Shown: positions 1 to 13,234, counted from the whole stretch's first letter. The stretch: 63,953 nucleotides of DNA, filler included, from Octopus bimaculoides (GCF_001194135.2; 8 parts of 7 records of this genome joined end to end with filler, not necessarily neighbours in it), one strand, 5' to 3'. The notes: generated by a model not told the origin, from the sequence alone. Numbers and translations: made by a program.

Positions 1-52
<52 letters not shown>

Positions 53-345
53 CATAGACATACTTATATATATATATATATTTTGTATGTATATGTATAT
101 AATGCTCACACACACACACACACAAACACATGCATACAACCATATGAACACATTGCAAGAAAGTGAACTTTTGATTGGTTTACCAGGATGTGGGTTAATC
201 CCAATTGGTAGAGCTCAACTTACGGGTAGTAGTTGATGGGAGGCGCAAAAGCAGCAGCTGGATGCAGACATAAAAGCACACACAAGCACATGCAGTGCTT
301 AATTCATTCTTAACTTTACATGAAACTATTGAGATATACATACAT

Positions 346-405
<60 letters not shown>

Positions 406-1667
406 GTATCTATGTATGTATGTATCGTTCCTTAACATGAATAGAATTGACTGTCGCTGTGAGGTTTTGGCCAGCTATACCATCATTGGGCAGTCAGATG
501 GTGGCTTAACTGGCCAAAATTTTGAAGTCACTTTCCATATTAGTCTTTTTAAGGAATAATATATTTTTACTCTACAAAAGTAAAGAGTAAAACTTGAGAT
601 AAAAATGTAAAATTGTTTTTATTATAACTGAACAATGACATATATATATATATATATATATACATGCACACACATACACACACAAACACATATATATATA
701 TATATACACACATGTATATATAAGACATTGATATATGTATANNNNNNNNNNNNNNNNNNNNNNNNNNNNNNNNNNNNNNNNNNNNNNNNNNNNNNNNNNN
801 NNNNNNNNNNNNNNNNNNNNNNNNNNNNNNNNNNNNNNNNNNNNNNNNNNNNNNNNNNNNNNNNNNNNNNNNNNNNNNNNNNNNNNNNNNNNNNNNNNNN
901 NNNNNNNNNNNNNNNNNNNNNNNNNNNNNNNNNNNNNNNNNNNNNNNNNNNNNNNNNNNNNNNNNNNNNNNNNNNNNNNNNNNNNNNNNNNNNNNNNNNN
1001 NNNNNNNNNNNNNNNNNNNNNNNNNNNNNNNNNNNNNNNNNNNNNNNNNNNNNNNNNNNNNNNNNNNNNNNNNNNNNNNNNNNNNNNNNNNNNNNNNNNN
1101 NNNNNNNNNNNNNNNNNNNNNNNNNNNNNNNNNNNNNNNNNNNNNNNNNNNNNNNNNNNNNNNNNNNNNNNNNNNNNNNNNNNNNNNNNNNNNNNNNNNN
1201 NNNNNNNNNNNNNNNNNNNNNNNNNNNNNNNNNNNNNNNNNNNNNNNNNNNNNNNNNNNNNNNNNNNNNNNNNNNNNNNNNNNNNNNNNNNNNNNNNNNN
1301 NNNNNNNNNNNNNNNNNNNNNNNNNNNNNNNNNNNNNNNNNNNNNNNNNNNNNNNNNNNNNNNNNNNNNNNNNNNNNNNNNNNNNNNNNNNNNNNNNNNN
1401 NNNNNNNNNNNNNNNNNNNNNNNNNNNNNNNNNNNNNNNNGGATCAGCAAATATTTGCTTCACCATATACCGAAGTTCAGAAATAGCTGAAGCAAATATT
1501 TGCTGATCTCTTAATTATGTTTATAAATATATATGAGCTTTTAAATAAGTTCTCCACCAATAATGGTGCTCTCATACCGATGGGCTTGGTAAAAATTATT
1601 AATTGTTAATTGATTTATTAATTAATAAATTGATAATCCTTTACCCTTTTAATTTGTTTGTATATCA

Positions 1668-1843
1668 TCATCATCATCATCATCGTTTAACGTCCGCTTT
1701 CCATGCTAGCATGGGTTGGACGATTTGACTGAGGACTGGTGAAACCGGATGGCAACACCAGGCTCCAGTCTGATTTGGCAGAGTTTCTACAGCTGGATGC
1801 CCTTCCTAACGCCAACCACTCAGAGAGTGTAGTGGGTGCTTTT
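1668..1843 (-). mobile_element. Isolated 3' end of the RTE family (5'-truncated copy or SINE sharing the tail)
   Basis: (CAT)n-CGTTTAACGTCCGCTTTCCATGCTAGCATGGGTTGGACG... matches 53725-53900. Confidence 0.85.
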
Positions 1844-2383
1844 ATATATATATATATATATATATATAACAAATATGTGGATTTAGATTGCTGGTGATCT
1901 AGATGAATAGGTAAGCTGATTAGGTGCTATAATTGGTCTTCTGTTATGTTCCAAGTCCACAGCTCCAGTCTCAACTATGAACTTCGAACCTAACAGATGA
2001 CCAATTATACATATATATATATATAATAGGTATGTCTCTGAACTTAAGTTACTGGACAATGTTATGTTCCTCTAAAGATTCTTTTGATCTTTGTTAGAAT
2101 TCTGTAGTCCATGGAATCCCTTCCATTGTTCTTTGCACAGTACTCCTTTGTCATCATCTCTCACTCTCACTCTATGTCTGTCAATCTCTCTCTCCCTCTC
2201 AACCTCTCTCTCTCTCTCGATTTCATCAAATGTGGTCAGTCTGTGAACTACAATGGTACATACCTTCCCCAGCATCACCACCTCCTGATTCGAATTTTCC
2301 CAAGTGGTGGTCACCACCTCCTATACCCATTTGCTAACAGCCCCCCCCCCAAATTGATATTTTAATTCTATTTTTCACCTACT

Positions 2384-2440
<57 letters not shown>

Positions 2441-3124
2441 GGTGTCAGTTGGGTGTGNNNNNNNNNNNNNNNNNNNNNNNNNNNNNNNNNNNNNNNNNNN
2501 NNNNNNNNNNNNNNNNNNNNNNNNNNNNNNNNNNNNNNNNNNNNNNNNNNNNNNNNNNNNNNNNNNNNNNNNNNNNNNNNNNNNNNNNNNNNNNNNNNNN
2601 NNNNNNNNNNNNNNNNNNNNNNNNNNNNNNNNNNNNNNNNNNNNNNNNNNNNNNNNNNNNNNNNNNNNNNNNNNNNNNNNNNNNNNNNNNNNNNNNNNNN
2701 NNNNNNNNNNNNNNNNNNNNNNNNNNNNNNNNNNNNNNNNNNNNNNNNNNNNNNNNNNNNNNNNNNNNNNNNNNNNNNNNNNNNNNNNNNNNNNNNNNNN
2801 NNNNNNNNNNNNNNNNNNNNNNNNNNNNNNNNNNNNNNNNNNNNNNNNNNNNNNNNNNNNNNNNNNNNNNNNNNNNNNNNNNNNNNNNNNNNNNNNNNNN
2901 NNNNNNNNNNNNNNNNNNNNNNNNNNNNNNNNNNNNNNNNNNNNNNNNNNNNNNNNNNNNNNNNNNNNNNNNNNNNNNNNNNNNNNNNNNNNNNNNNNNN
3001 NNNNNNNNNNNNNNNNNNNNNNNNNNNNNNNNNNNNNNNNNNNNNNNNNNNNNNNNNNNNNNNNNNNNNNNNNNNNNNNNNNNNNNNNNNNNNNNNNNNN
3101 NNNNTATATATATATACATATACT

Positions 3125-3800
3125 ATGACCTAGCTTGTCACCTGGTGACCTACTGTGATATATCACCTGGTGACTGGCTATGTCATGTCATATGAAATGT
3201 CCTGCCATGTCACCATGTGACTTCTTTATGACCAAGTCACCTGATGGACCTGTCATATCACCTGGTGACCTTTAATGACACATCATCAAATGACCTTCTG
3301 TGTCACTGGATGACCTGCCAAGATGCATAACCAGTGGGGGTCCTGCTGTGTATGTCAGTCAATAGGTGACCTCTGCAGGTCAACCTTGTGACAGGGCGTG
3401 TCACTTGATGACTCTCTCTTTGTATGTCACCTGGTGACCTGCAATTTTAAGTCACCAGGTGACATTCTGATATATGTGACCTACTCCCTTATATCCCCAG
3501 GTGATCTACTCCGATATGTGACCTAATGACCTATTACCATATATCATTAGGGGATCATTTATTGTTGTATTTGACCTGGGGAAATAACATGGGAACTTAT
3601 ATTGTTCACTAATACACTGCATGTCAACAGGCAGGTGACCTATAACCTCTATGTCATTGAATGACCTCCTACTATGTGTCACATGGTGAATTGGCCCACT
3701 GTCTATCATCAGGCAGGTAGGCCCCGTAACCTGTATACCAGGTATCACTCAGTGATCTATCATGAAATGTCATTTACCAACCAATTAAATTTTAAACCTC
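3125..3800. repeat. Degenerate 22-25-bp minisatellite with palindromic core GTCACCWGGTGAC
   Basis: Exact cores at 3137, 3426 and 3451; variants at about 3162, 3209, 3236, 3257, 3302, 3358, 3379, 3400 and 3493. Confidence 0.8.
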
Positions 3801-5517
3801 TACATGATTATTTGCACCTCCCAGAAATAACAGTCAAATTTCCTTTGAATGACACCCTACTCTTGTGCCTAACACTTCCATTACCACCTGCCCCTTTGTT
3901 GTTGGATGCTTTTAGTCAATTTCACTTCATTCTAACCATTTGGGCCATACCCTCCACACCAGGGTTTGGTCTTGCCACAAACACTGACCTAAAGATAATT
4001 AGGTGAAATTATCAATTTCTTTAATTTCTCAAGTCTGGAATGTCCTATAGAGGTCAAAGACACTACCCCACCCTCCACGCACACATATACATTCCTCCTA
4101 TGCATAATATATTTTCAGAAATTAGTTGAAAGATAGGAGGGTGAGTCTTGTATTGTTAATGGAGGTACTCTTTATAGTTAATGGCAATACTCTTTATTGT
4201 TTATATCACAACTGTTACTCATACCATCACAAAAACATTATTTCCCCATAACCTTCTTTGCTATTATAGTGACCCGCCTATGATGTTTCCCATTAAATAG
4301 AATTAAACTCCATTATTATAGAGAGTCCCTTGCTGTATTGCAGAGTAAGTTACTATGTTTAGAGATCAGATGGCTAAGTTGATAAGCTACCAGACATTTA
4401 ATCAAGAGGTTGAGGGTTCAAATGCTGCCAGCAACACAGTAAGGGATTTATCTATGCTTAATACACCTAGTCTGTTGAGTTAGAAGTAGACTCAACAAGG
4501 CATGTAGTGTGTAATAGATGAATATCTTATTAGCTTGCAGTTTGAGCCAAACTCGAATACTTCTATAAGTATAGCTTTAGCCTTCTAAAACGGATGGAGA
4601 AATATGAGACAGACTACATGAAGATAATCCTCAATGGGGCCATGGAATACCTAATGGATTAGGGATTTACCAATGTGTGGCCAAGCGGTTAGGGTGCTTG
4701 GTTCATTGGTTCAGTTTGCAGACCAGGCAGTGAGTTGTGTCCTTAAACAAGGTGTTTCATTTCACATTGCTTCAGCCAACTTGGCTGTAATGAGTACCAA
4801 CCCATAGCTGATAAAACGCTCTCCCACTCCAGCTGTCACATCTTCAATGTTTCATTGGATCAATCAAAGCTGTGAAGGCCAAGAAATGGGTCTATGTCCA
4901 CTCATGATTACATGAGTATCTACAACAATTAAAATAATCATGGCACACATTATCAAGCCATACTAACTTGAGTGTAGAGGCAGTATGGCATTACCCTCCT
5001 GTTCTCACCCCAACACTACAGTTCACGCCTCTAGTATTCCTTCATGTATCTGTATGTCCTAACCTATTCCAGGGTCGACTCCGCACCTTCTGTAAACCTC
5101 TTCTCTGCCTATAAACTTTTCGTACAGAGAAACAAAATTACAGATTGGTCAGGGCTTAAACTTAGTTAATCATAGATCTGCACATTCAGGGATTATCTGG
5201 GGTAGTCACCAAAATAATACCCCCTAATTGCACACCAACAACATCCAGAGTGTTTTATGGCATTATTTATACTTTACACACCTTAATGTGATCACCCAAA
5301 TAAACTTACTGTGTATCCCTCTGTCATATTTTCCTTTAGTGAAATATTAGTGAAATATTCACCCCATCAAATTGTTATGATATTGTATTCATGCATTACT
5401 CCCTTCCCAAAAATACTCCTGTCCAGTCTATCATATTTCCAACTGTATATGTCTATTTCTTACTGGGTCTATTTCATTGTTCATTGTTCGAGGTTCTTAT
5501 GACTTTAAGATTGTAAT

Positions 5518-5551
<34 letters not shown>

Positions 5552-5964
5552 AATGCACTCATCAGATGAATGGTTTTTCAGTATACTAATGTTAGACATA
5601 TGAGTTCTGCAGCCACATAAACTGATAGACGTATTACTGGTCATAAAACAGAACAGATTCTAACATTTGTAAAGTTCAAGTATTATTAATAAATTAACAT
5701 ATTAGCTTTTCAATAAACAGACACACTATGTACATTTTATGATGGTTGTGATTTTACTTAGTTCATAAAATAAAAATATATATATTTGTGTGTGTGTGTA
5801 TGTGTTTATACATACAAATATATATGTATATATATATGCATACATACATGCATACATACATACATACATATATATATATATATATGTATGTATGTATGTA
5901 GGTATGTATGTATGCATATGTGTGTGTGTGTATTTCTGTGTGTGAATATATATGTGGTGTGTGA

Positions 5965-6008
<44 letters not shown>

Positions 6009-6366
6009 AGAGATACATATAAAAGGATAGATATATATATGTCCAAATGGTTATAAGCATATACATGTCCAGCAGCAACACACATACGTATGCACACACA
6101 CACACACATGCACACACTCGCATACATACACACGCACACACACATGCCGACACATACACACATACATTTATCAGCGTGCTTTCCATATCTTTAACATTTT
6201 TGTTTGTTTGTTTGTTTTTGTTTTTATTTGGTTTATTATTTTTTTGTTTATATATTAAAATATGAGAAGAAATGGATTTTGATTTTATAAATTCCATATA
6301 ACAGAGAAATTATAATTTCCATNNNNNNNNNNNNNNNNNNNNNNNNNNNNNNNNNNNNNNNNNNNN

Positions 6367-6378
6367 TTAATTAATTAA
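6367..6378. other. Artificial TTAATTAATTAA gap linker (also at 33070, 47526, 52874, 55367, 56820, 62861)
   Basis: Identical 12-mer centred in 100-base N spacers seven times; it places stops in all six frames. Confidence 0.95.
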
Positions 6379-6462
6379 NNNNNNNNNNNNNNNNNNNNNN
6401 NNNNNNNNNNNNNNNNNNNNNNATGTGGTTGGTAAGCATACGTACATATATATAAAAACATA

Positions 6463-6847
6463 TACTCTTTTACTTGTTTCAGACATTTGTCTGCGGCCAT
6501 GCTGGAGCACCGCCTTTAGTCGAGCAAATCGACCCCAGGACTTCTTCTTTGTAAACCTAGTACTTATTCTATCGGTTTCTTTTTGTCGAACCACTAAGTT
6601 ACGGGGACGTAAACACACCAGCATCGGTTGTTAAGCGATGGTGGGGGGACACAGACACACAAACACACATACATATATATATACGACGGACTTCTTTCAG
6701 TTTCCGTCTATCAAATCTACTCACAAGGCATTGGTCGGCACGAGGCTATAGTAGAAGACACTTGCCCAAGGTGCCACGACGTGGGACCGAACCCGGAACC
6801 ATGTGGTTGGTAAGTAAGCTACTTACCACACAGCCACTCCTTCTCCT
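6463..6847 (-). mobile_element. tRNA-derived SINE family B (CORE-like central motif), full copy
   Basis: Head GGCGCAGGAGTGGCTGTGTGGTAAG type, CCTTGGGCAAGTGTCTT CORE-like motif, internal microsatellite; homologous to 36756-37168. Confidence 0.9.
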
Positions 6848-7090
6848 ATACATAGGCTGTTTTTAACAACTTGATAAATGGCGAAATAAATAAAATAATT
6901 CGACCAGGAAACTCTTAGTAGTTGTATTTCACAAGGCTTTTTGTGGTTTTTATTATAATAATATGCCTATACGTATACTTATATATATAGGGAGAATCCA
7001 CACACAAAAAAAAAAACAACACAAAAGACGAAGACAGGTGGTGTAGACTACAAACAGATGTATTAGTTTAACGCTCGGGAAGTGAAAAAG

Positions 7091-7128
7091 TCTTTAACGT
7101 TTCGAGCCTATGCTCTTCCACAGAAAGG
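7091..7128 (-). ncRNA. Minimal type-I hammerhead-ribozyme-like motif (A6U variant, GUU site)
   Basis: Reverse complement CTTT-CTGTGGA-A-GAGC(ATAG)GCTC-GAAAC-GTT-AAAG. Confidence 0.55.
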
Positions 7129-7173
7129 AACACAGAAAGAAACAAGGAGAGAAAATAAAGAATTGTAGTGGCT

Positions 7174-7376
7174 GGCACAATTCCAGCAGTTCTGGGGGAG
7201 AGGAATAGGTCGATTATATTGACCCCCAATACTCAACTGGTACTTATTTTATCGACCCTGAAAGGATGAAAGGCAAAGTCGACATCGACGGAATTTGAAC
7301 TCAGTTCGTAAAGACGGACGAACTATCGCTAAGCATTTTGCCCTGCATGCCAACGATTCAGCCAGCTCACTGCCTT
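7174..7376 (-). mobile_element. tRNA-derived SINE family A
   Basis: Matches the window consensus AAGGCGGCGAGCTGGCAGAA...TTCTGAGTTCAAATTCCGCCGAGGTCGACTTTGCCTTTCATCC; B-box-like GAGTTCAAATTCC. Confidence 0.9.
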
Positions 7377-8789
7377 GAATGTTTGTTTGTGTTTATATTT
7401 CAAGTTGTAATTTTGCGTAGAGAAACATCTTTACAAAAATGTCGTAGACTTTGTCATTCTTATTTTGTTGTTTTTTTTTTTCAAATTTGTTCTATTTCGC
7501 TCCAAACAGAAACAACAATGACAACAAGTACAACGAGTACAACATCTATAGAGCTTTCCTATAAGGTGTTATCCACCCCTGATTGGAACTCTCCCGTATG
7601 ACATGTACGCATGCTCAGTGACTTGCTTTAACAGTTGCAATCAGCTGAATGCACATTGCCAGTGACATTTAACATGATTACCCACACTCTGTGGTCAGGA
7701 TTCTTTTTTTGGTTTGATGTCGGTATCGAAGGGATTACCAGACACCGGACAATACAGTGAGAGCAGCTTTCACTCACATCGTGGTATTCGATGCTGTGTA
7801 CGTGTCTGTCGTGGTAAAATATGCCACTCCTTAACTGTTGCTTTGCTTTCATCCGTAGCACGAGGTAATTATGTCATTATCTGTGAAATTCGGCAACTTA
7901 CAAAGATCTTTAGATCAGGCAATACTTCACCGAGAGGAGATATAAGCTTCTGCTTATTCCTGTCTGAAGTATCGTCCGATACTTCAGACTTATCGTCCGA
8001 TACTTCAGACTTATCGTCCGATGAATTTACTTTGTTGACATATCGACAGAAACAAACACACACAAACACACACACATACATACATACATACATACATACA
8101 TACATGCATACAAATATATATAATCTAATAATAAAAAGCCACATATCTTATAACTACAGTTACGCAGGGTTTCCTGGCCGAAATAATAATTTATTCCGAC
8201 ATTTATCAAGCTGAAAACAAGACCGTTCGTCAGTTCTCTTTTGAGCAGATAGCGAAAATAATAAGGGGAGAAAATTTAGAAAAATGTTCATACCGGTGGC
8301 TAGCATGCATAATAAAGTGAATAGACGACAAATTTTCATATATAATAATGTACAAACAATTTATGTATTTATACACGAAAGAGGTGACCTTTAACAGGAG
8401 ACCTTACATGCTAGAAAGGGCAGTTAAAGCCCAAACCACGAATAAGAGCAATTTCAAAGGGAATGAAAATAAAAAATATTTTTGTAGTTACACTCAGATT
8501 CGAGTATCAATGTGCAAAATAAATTAATTTGCCATCCATCCTTCTTCAGTGAGGGCGCTAAAATTAATGCATATTTAAGCAGCATATAGCACCAAAAATA
8601 TACGTGCTACATACTTATACATTATAGTTTTCAAATCCGCCGCGCAAGCGCAGTTACATTCGGCAGCAAATAATAATAAAAAATTAAAANNNNNNNNNNN
8701 NNNNNNNNNNNNNNNNNNNNNNNNNNNNNNNNNNNNNNNNNNNNNNNNNNNNNNNNNNNNNNNNNNNNNNNNNNNNNNNNNNNNNNNNN

Positions 8790-8867
8790 ACTCAGAACGT
8801 AGCGACGGGCGAAATACCGCTAAGCATTTCGTCCAGCGCCCTGACGATTCTGCTTGCTCACCGCCTT
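8790..8867 (-). mobile_element. SINE family A, 5' part at a gap edge
   Basis: Homology to the family A head. Confidence 0.85.
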
Positions 8868-9160
8868 AAACGCAGATATAATAATAATTATACCTGTGTT
8901 TAAGGCGGCGGACTCGAAAAGTGATACACATACGTTCATTCATTCATGTGTTTATACATTTATTTTTACGCACTCTAGTATGCCAGAACGCAATGTACAA
9001 ATATAATAATTATTATATTCGTATTTGTACATCAATCAAATCAGAAAAATCCAATAAATGGAAAAGAAATGTTTCAAATCAGTCCATCAATGTTTCTACG
9101 CATCAATGTTTGACGATGAATTTTTTTCAGGGGATGTTCAAAGCTTTATCATTGCCTACC

Positions 9161-9214
9161 AAAAATCTTAGGAGGTGCACTTGCACCCTCTGCACCCTTG
9201 TTCCCGGGCCTATG
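9161..9214 (-). mobile_element. hAT-like terminal sequence (CATAGGCCCGGGAACAAGGGTGCA...)
   Basis: Its reverse complement aligns with 16441-16495. Confidence 0.6.
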
Positions 9215-9399
9215 GTTCATTGGTTTTGTCTTCGAGTATTTATTTTCCTTTCTAACAACTGATATAAAGTACACCTTGAGATCCTACCATTTTTATTGAC
9301 GGATTACTTGTATGCATTCCTTCTAACCAGCAAAAGAGTCGTCTTTGGTTGGCAAATTGTTGGCAGTATGCATTTCCATAATTTATTACTGAATTCAAT

Positions 9400-9600
9400 T
9401 TTCTTGTGAATCATTTTGATGAAGGGCTCAGATGCTAAACAAGTTTTCAGTTTCTTAGTATCAGGTAAATTAAAGAAAAAAACGTCTTTCAGTATGATAA
9501 TGACAAACTGTAGCAGGAACATTTTACAAATGTTATAGTTGCAATCATATTTATGAATCTCGAAGACAGTGAATTACGTTGTCCCCAGACATTGTTTACC
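9400..9600 (-). mobile_element. Decayed hAT transposase dimerisation-domain relic
   Basis: Across frameshifts, FINMIATITF / VPATVC..TERRF / KKLKTCLAS parallels FPN....LTxPxTxxSxERSFSxLKxxKTYLRS. Confidence 0.5.
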
Positions 9601-11234
9601 TTGTACAAAGTTCAATGTAGTTATCGTTTTTATAAATGTTCTTCGTTCTTAAAAAATTCTATAAAGGTTTTATTTAGCCCATTGCTGACACAAGAATTAT
9701 TCTTTTAAAAAATGGTACTTGCATTTATATATCAGTTACTTCAAGACCTAATAACCAGAATTTTGACATTTTAAGACGTCAATTAACTCGTTGCACAAAG
9801 CCAGAGTAATAACTTTCTTCGTTAGACTCGTATATTTTATTCGACATAACTTAACCTTTTCAAGTAAATTCCCTTCACTGCAATTTGTTATCAGATAAAT
9901 TTGGTGATCTATCGATCGAAAACCATAGTAACATGTTATTTCTACATCATATTTAATTTCAAATTCTTTCACTTCTGAATTCTATGTGCAAGCCTTCATA
10001 AATATATTTCAAATTAAATTTGTGTTTGCACAATTATTAACATTATTGTTTTGGGGATTTTTTTTACAGATTTCCAGTGAACAGCTACAGCAGTTTACAC
10101 GTTTGTTAGTACACAGCATCACAGTTACAACACATGCAGAGTGCATTATTCTTCCACATGAGTCACCTCAACTGACTTTCCCAATCTTTGTTATACAGTC
10201 AGCCATCATTAGTTATTACATTTTCCCCATTATGTGAGGCTGTTAATAAGATTAGTTAAAAGTTTTCAAAAGATGGATGCTACTATTATAGTTACACAAT
10301 TTTTTAACCTAATTAAAGAACAGAATTCATTGAACACCAATCGGTAGGTTTTTAAAAAATAAAAACAAAAAATCAAATTAATATAATAAACCTCACATTC
10401 TTTCACATCTTTTTTTCTTTTCAATTCAATTAGGCCGCAAATTAAAGATGGCGGCACTTTAAATTAACAATAAAGAAAACGCGTTTTTAATGAAAACTTT
10501 ACTACATTTGCATGTAATGAATTTTTTTGTCATTTTGATTTAATTTAGTAAAATAAATAAATAAATAAATTTCTCCATGTGAAACAGCAAATATAAAAGG
10601 GAATTTCTTTAATTTAGATTTAAAAAGTCTATAAAAAATCCTTACTGAGTGACATTGTTGAGAACACACTTTGTACCGAAGACTTGCATATTTACTGTTA
10701 ATGCATTCCGGCAGATTCGAACGTGGATATACTAACCGCTGTTGTGTTTCGTCACACGAAAGCAACTTCACCTTTACGATGAATGTGCGTTCATAACACC
10801 CTGGATTCATTAACGCAAGAGATTCTGTATTTTGTATGCATTCATATATCGGTCATTGAAATCTTGCCAGAACCAAACCTAACCCACCTAACATTAGTTT
10901 ATGATAATTTGCAAAATATTTACATTCCAAGTACATATTCAATATCAGGTGTCAGTTACAAGTGGGCTGTGGATCATAGGTTCGCCATGAAGGCGTTCCC
11001 TGTGAGCTTCGAAACTTTCCTAATTTATTTTCAACATATCGAGTATTTGATGGTTTTTAGAATGCCTTTTGTGTCACGACTGCTTTAATTTTGCATATAC
11101 AAGCATTGTCACTAATGGAAAAAAATACGTGAAGATATTTTTTTATATGTAAGATATATAATATATATGTGTGGAATATGCGAGGCTATCTTTATATGAA
11201 TGATATATGATATTTACATGTGGAATATGCCATA

Positions 11235-11280
<46 letters not shown>

Positions 11281-11917
11281 AATAATCGGGATATTTTTGT
11301 GTAAAAGATATATAATATATACAGGTGAAATGTAAAATATCATCTAATACATACACATGGAGTATGCGAGATATTTATGGGCATCTTCTGTGATCTGTTC
11401 TCTTCGTCACCAGATATTTACAGGCATCCTCTGTGTTACGGAGTCCTGCGTTCCTAAAAATCTTACCGAACTGTAGAATTCCATTCTTCGAAACTTATTT
11501 TCCTCTTGATTCTGTATGTTATAAAAATTTTTTCGGTCTCGCCCAAATTAATAATTATTTTTAATCATAAGAATATTAATTTTTAATCACTTTTCATCCC
11601 ATGGTTCGGGTTATATTATCCACAACGCTCATAACGTTAAATTTTTTAAAAGTCCCTAACTGTAAGTTTAACCCCTACATCAACTTCTTTTTTGAGTTAT
11701 TTCAAAGTTCTCGAATAATAAGCATTGAATCAAGCGACCGCATAGAGATGCCATCGTTGGCTATTGCTTTTCCATTTGTTGTTGTTCCTCCTGCTGCTAC
11801 TGCTGTTGCTGTTAATGCTATTATTATTGGTACCCCTGCTGTTGTTGCTGTTGCTACTGTTACATACCGGGACTACTTTCAGCCTTACTGCTGTGATAGT
11901 CACTTCTCATATTATAG

Positions 11918-12305
11918 ATCATCACCATCATCGTTTAACGTCCACTTTCCATGCTAGCATGGGTTGGACGATTTGACTGAGGACTGGTGAAACCAGATGT
12001 ATACACCAGGCTCCAATCTGATTTGGCAGAGTTTCTACAGCTGGATGCCCTTCCTAACGCCAACCACTCCGAGAGTGTAGTGGGTGCTTTTACGTGCCAC
12101 CGGCACGAAGGCCAGTCAGGCGGTACTGGCAACAGCCATGCTCGAAATGGTGTATTTTACGTGCCACCTGCACAGGAGCCAGTCCAGCGGCACTGGCAAT
12201 GATCTCGCTCGAATGTCTTTTTGCGTGCCACCGGCACAAGTGTCAGGAAGGCGACGTTGGTAACGATCACGCAGGCGACGTTGGTAACGATCACGCAGGC
12301 GACAG
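11918..12305 (-). mobile_element. Isolated 3' UTR and tail of the RTE family, with internal repeats including a 24-bp tandem at about 12247-12303
   Basis: Homologous to 1668-1843 and 53722-54150; contains AGGCGACGTTGGTAACGATCACGC twice plus a partial unit. Confidence 0.85.
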
Positions 12306-12593
12306 ATATTAAAATTAAATATTTGCCGGGGAGATATTTCTTTTCATTTTATTTTCCAGTGAAATGCCTGCCTTAAGATTTACAGTGATAGTAGAATTTT
12401 AGTGTAATAGATATTTCTGAAAAGTTTCCCAAACTTAAATAGTTATATTAGAAATCAACCAAAATTTCTGATTTCAAAACAGTACCCACATTTTGTCTTA
12501 CTCTTTCTGGAAACAATTTTTTTTCTTAACACCCTTCTAGTTTTTCTCTTTTTCCTTCACATTTAAAGTAACACAAAGAATAATTCATTTCCA

Positions 12594-12824
12594 TTTAAAC
12601 GTGGATGTTCTGTTGGAACAAATTATACAGTGGTAAATACCATGAGGAAAACTCTCATATTGGCTTTTGGTGCAAAATGTACTCCTGTTTATATCGCTAG
12701 CGAGGAAATAAAATCTCCGCTAGCGCTACAAACAAGAGTGTATTTTGCACGAAAAATCAATGAGAGTTTCTTTCTTAGTATCCATCGCTGTATAGTTTGT
12801 TCTAACAGAACATCCACGTTTAAA
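12594..12824. mobile_element. Palindromic MITE-like foldback element
   Basis: TTTAAACGTGGATGTTCTGTT...CGCTAGCG / CGCTAGCG...AACAGAACATCCACGTTTAAA; arms about 105 bp, imperfect. Confidence 0.8.
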
Positions 12825-13234
12825 CGAGGATAAATATTCTCACTCGGTATTAATACTGCTTCTGTCGATAGTATATATATCTTAAAAAGAATATTATATC
12901 GAAACGATATTGACAAGTGGAAAATATTCGCCATTTTCTTGTGGCATGGATTATGGTCGAACAATTTCTCTATGATATTTTGATTGCAGATATTGTGGGA
13001 CGTTATGAATTCCAGAGATTAATAACGCGAAGAAGAAAATGTGTGGATTTATTCGTTGTTATGCTCCAGTCAAATCGTACCTGGAATTATTAGACATTAA
13101 AATAGCAAACATACGAACAAAGAAACGAGTTAATATTCAATAGGTAGACAGAAGGCTCAAGTTATCAACGGCGTGAATAAAGAAGTAAAAAAATCAAAAA
13201 ATGACAAACTCAAAACAAAGAAACTATAAATCTT

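Noticed and set aside
567-1490. Long ORFs across N-gaps (here and at 2.4-3.2, 18.1-18.9, 31.2-32.4, 35.6-36.6, 39.2-40.0, 40.8-41.6 and 51.1-52.0 kb)
   Set aside because: They consist of X residues plus microsatellite translations, so they are artefacts.
10445-10455. Exact YY1-type motif AAGATGGCGGC
   Set aside because: A single short motif beside transposon debris, with no supporting promoter or exon context.
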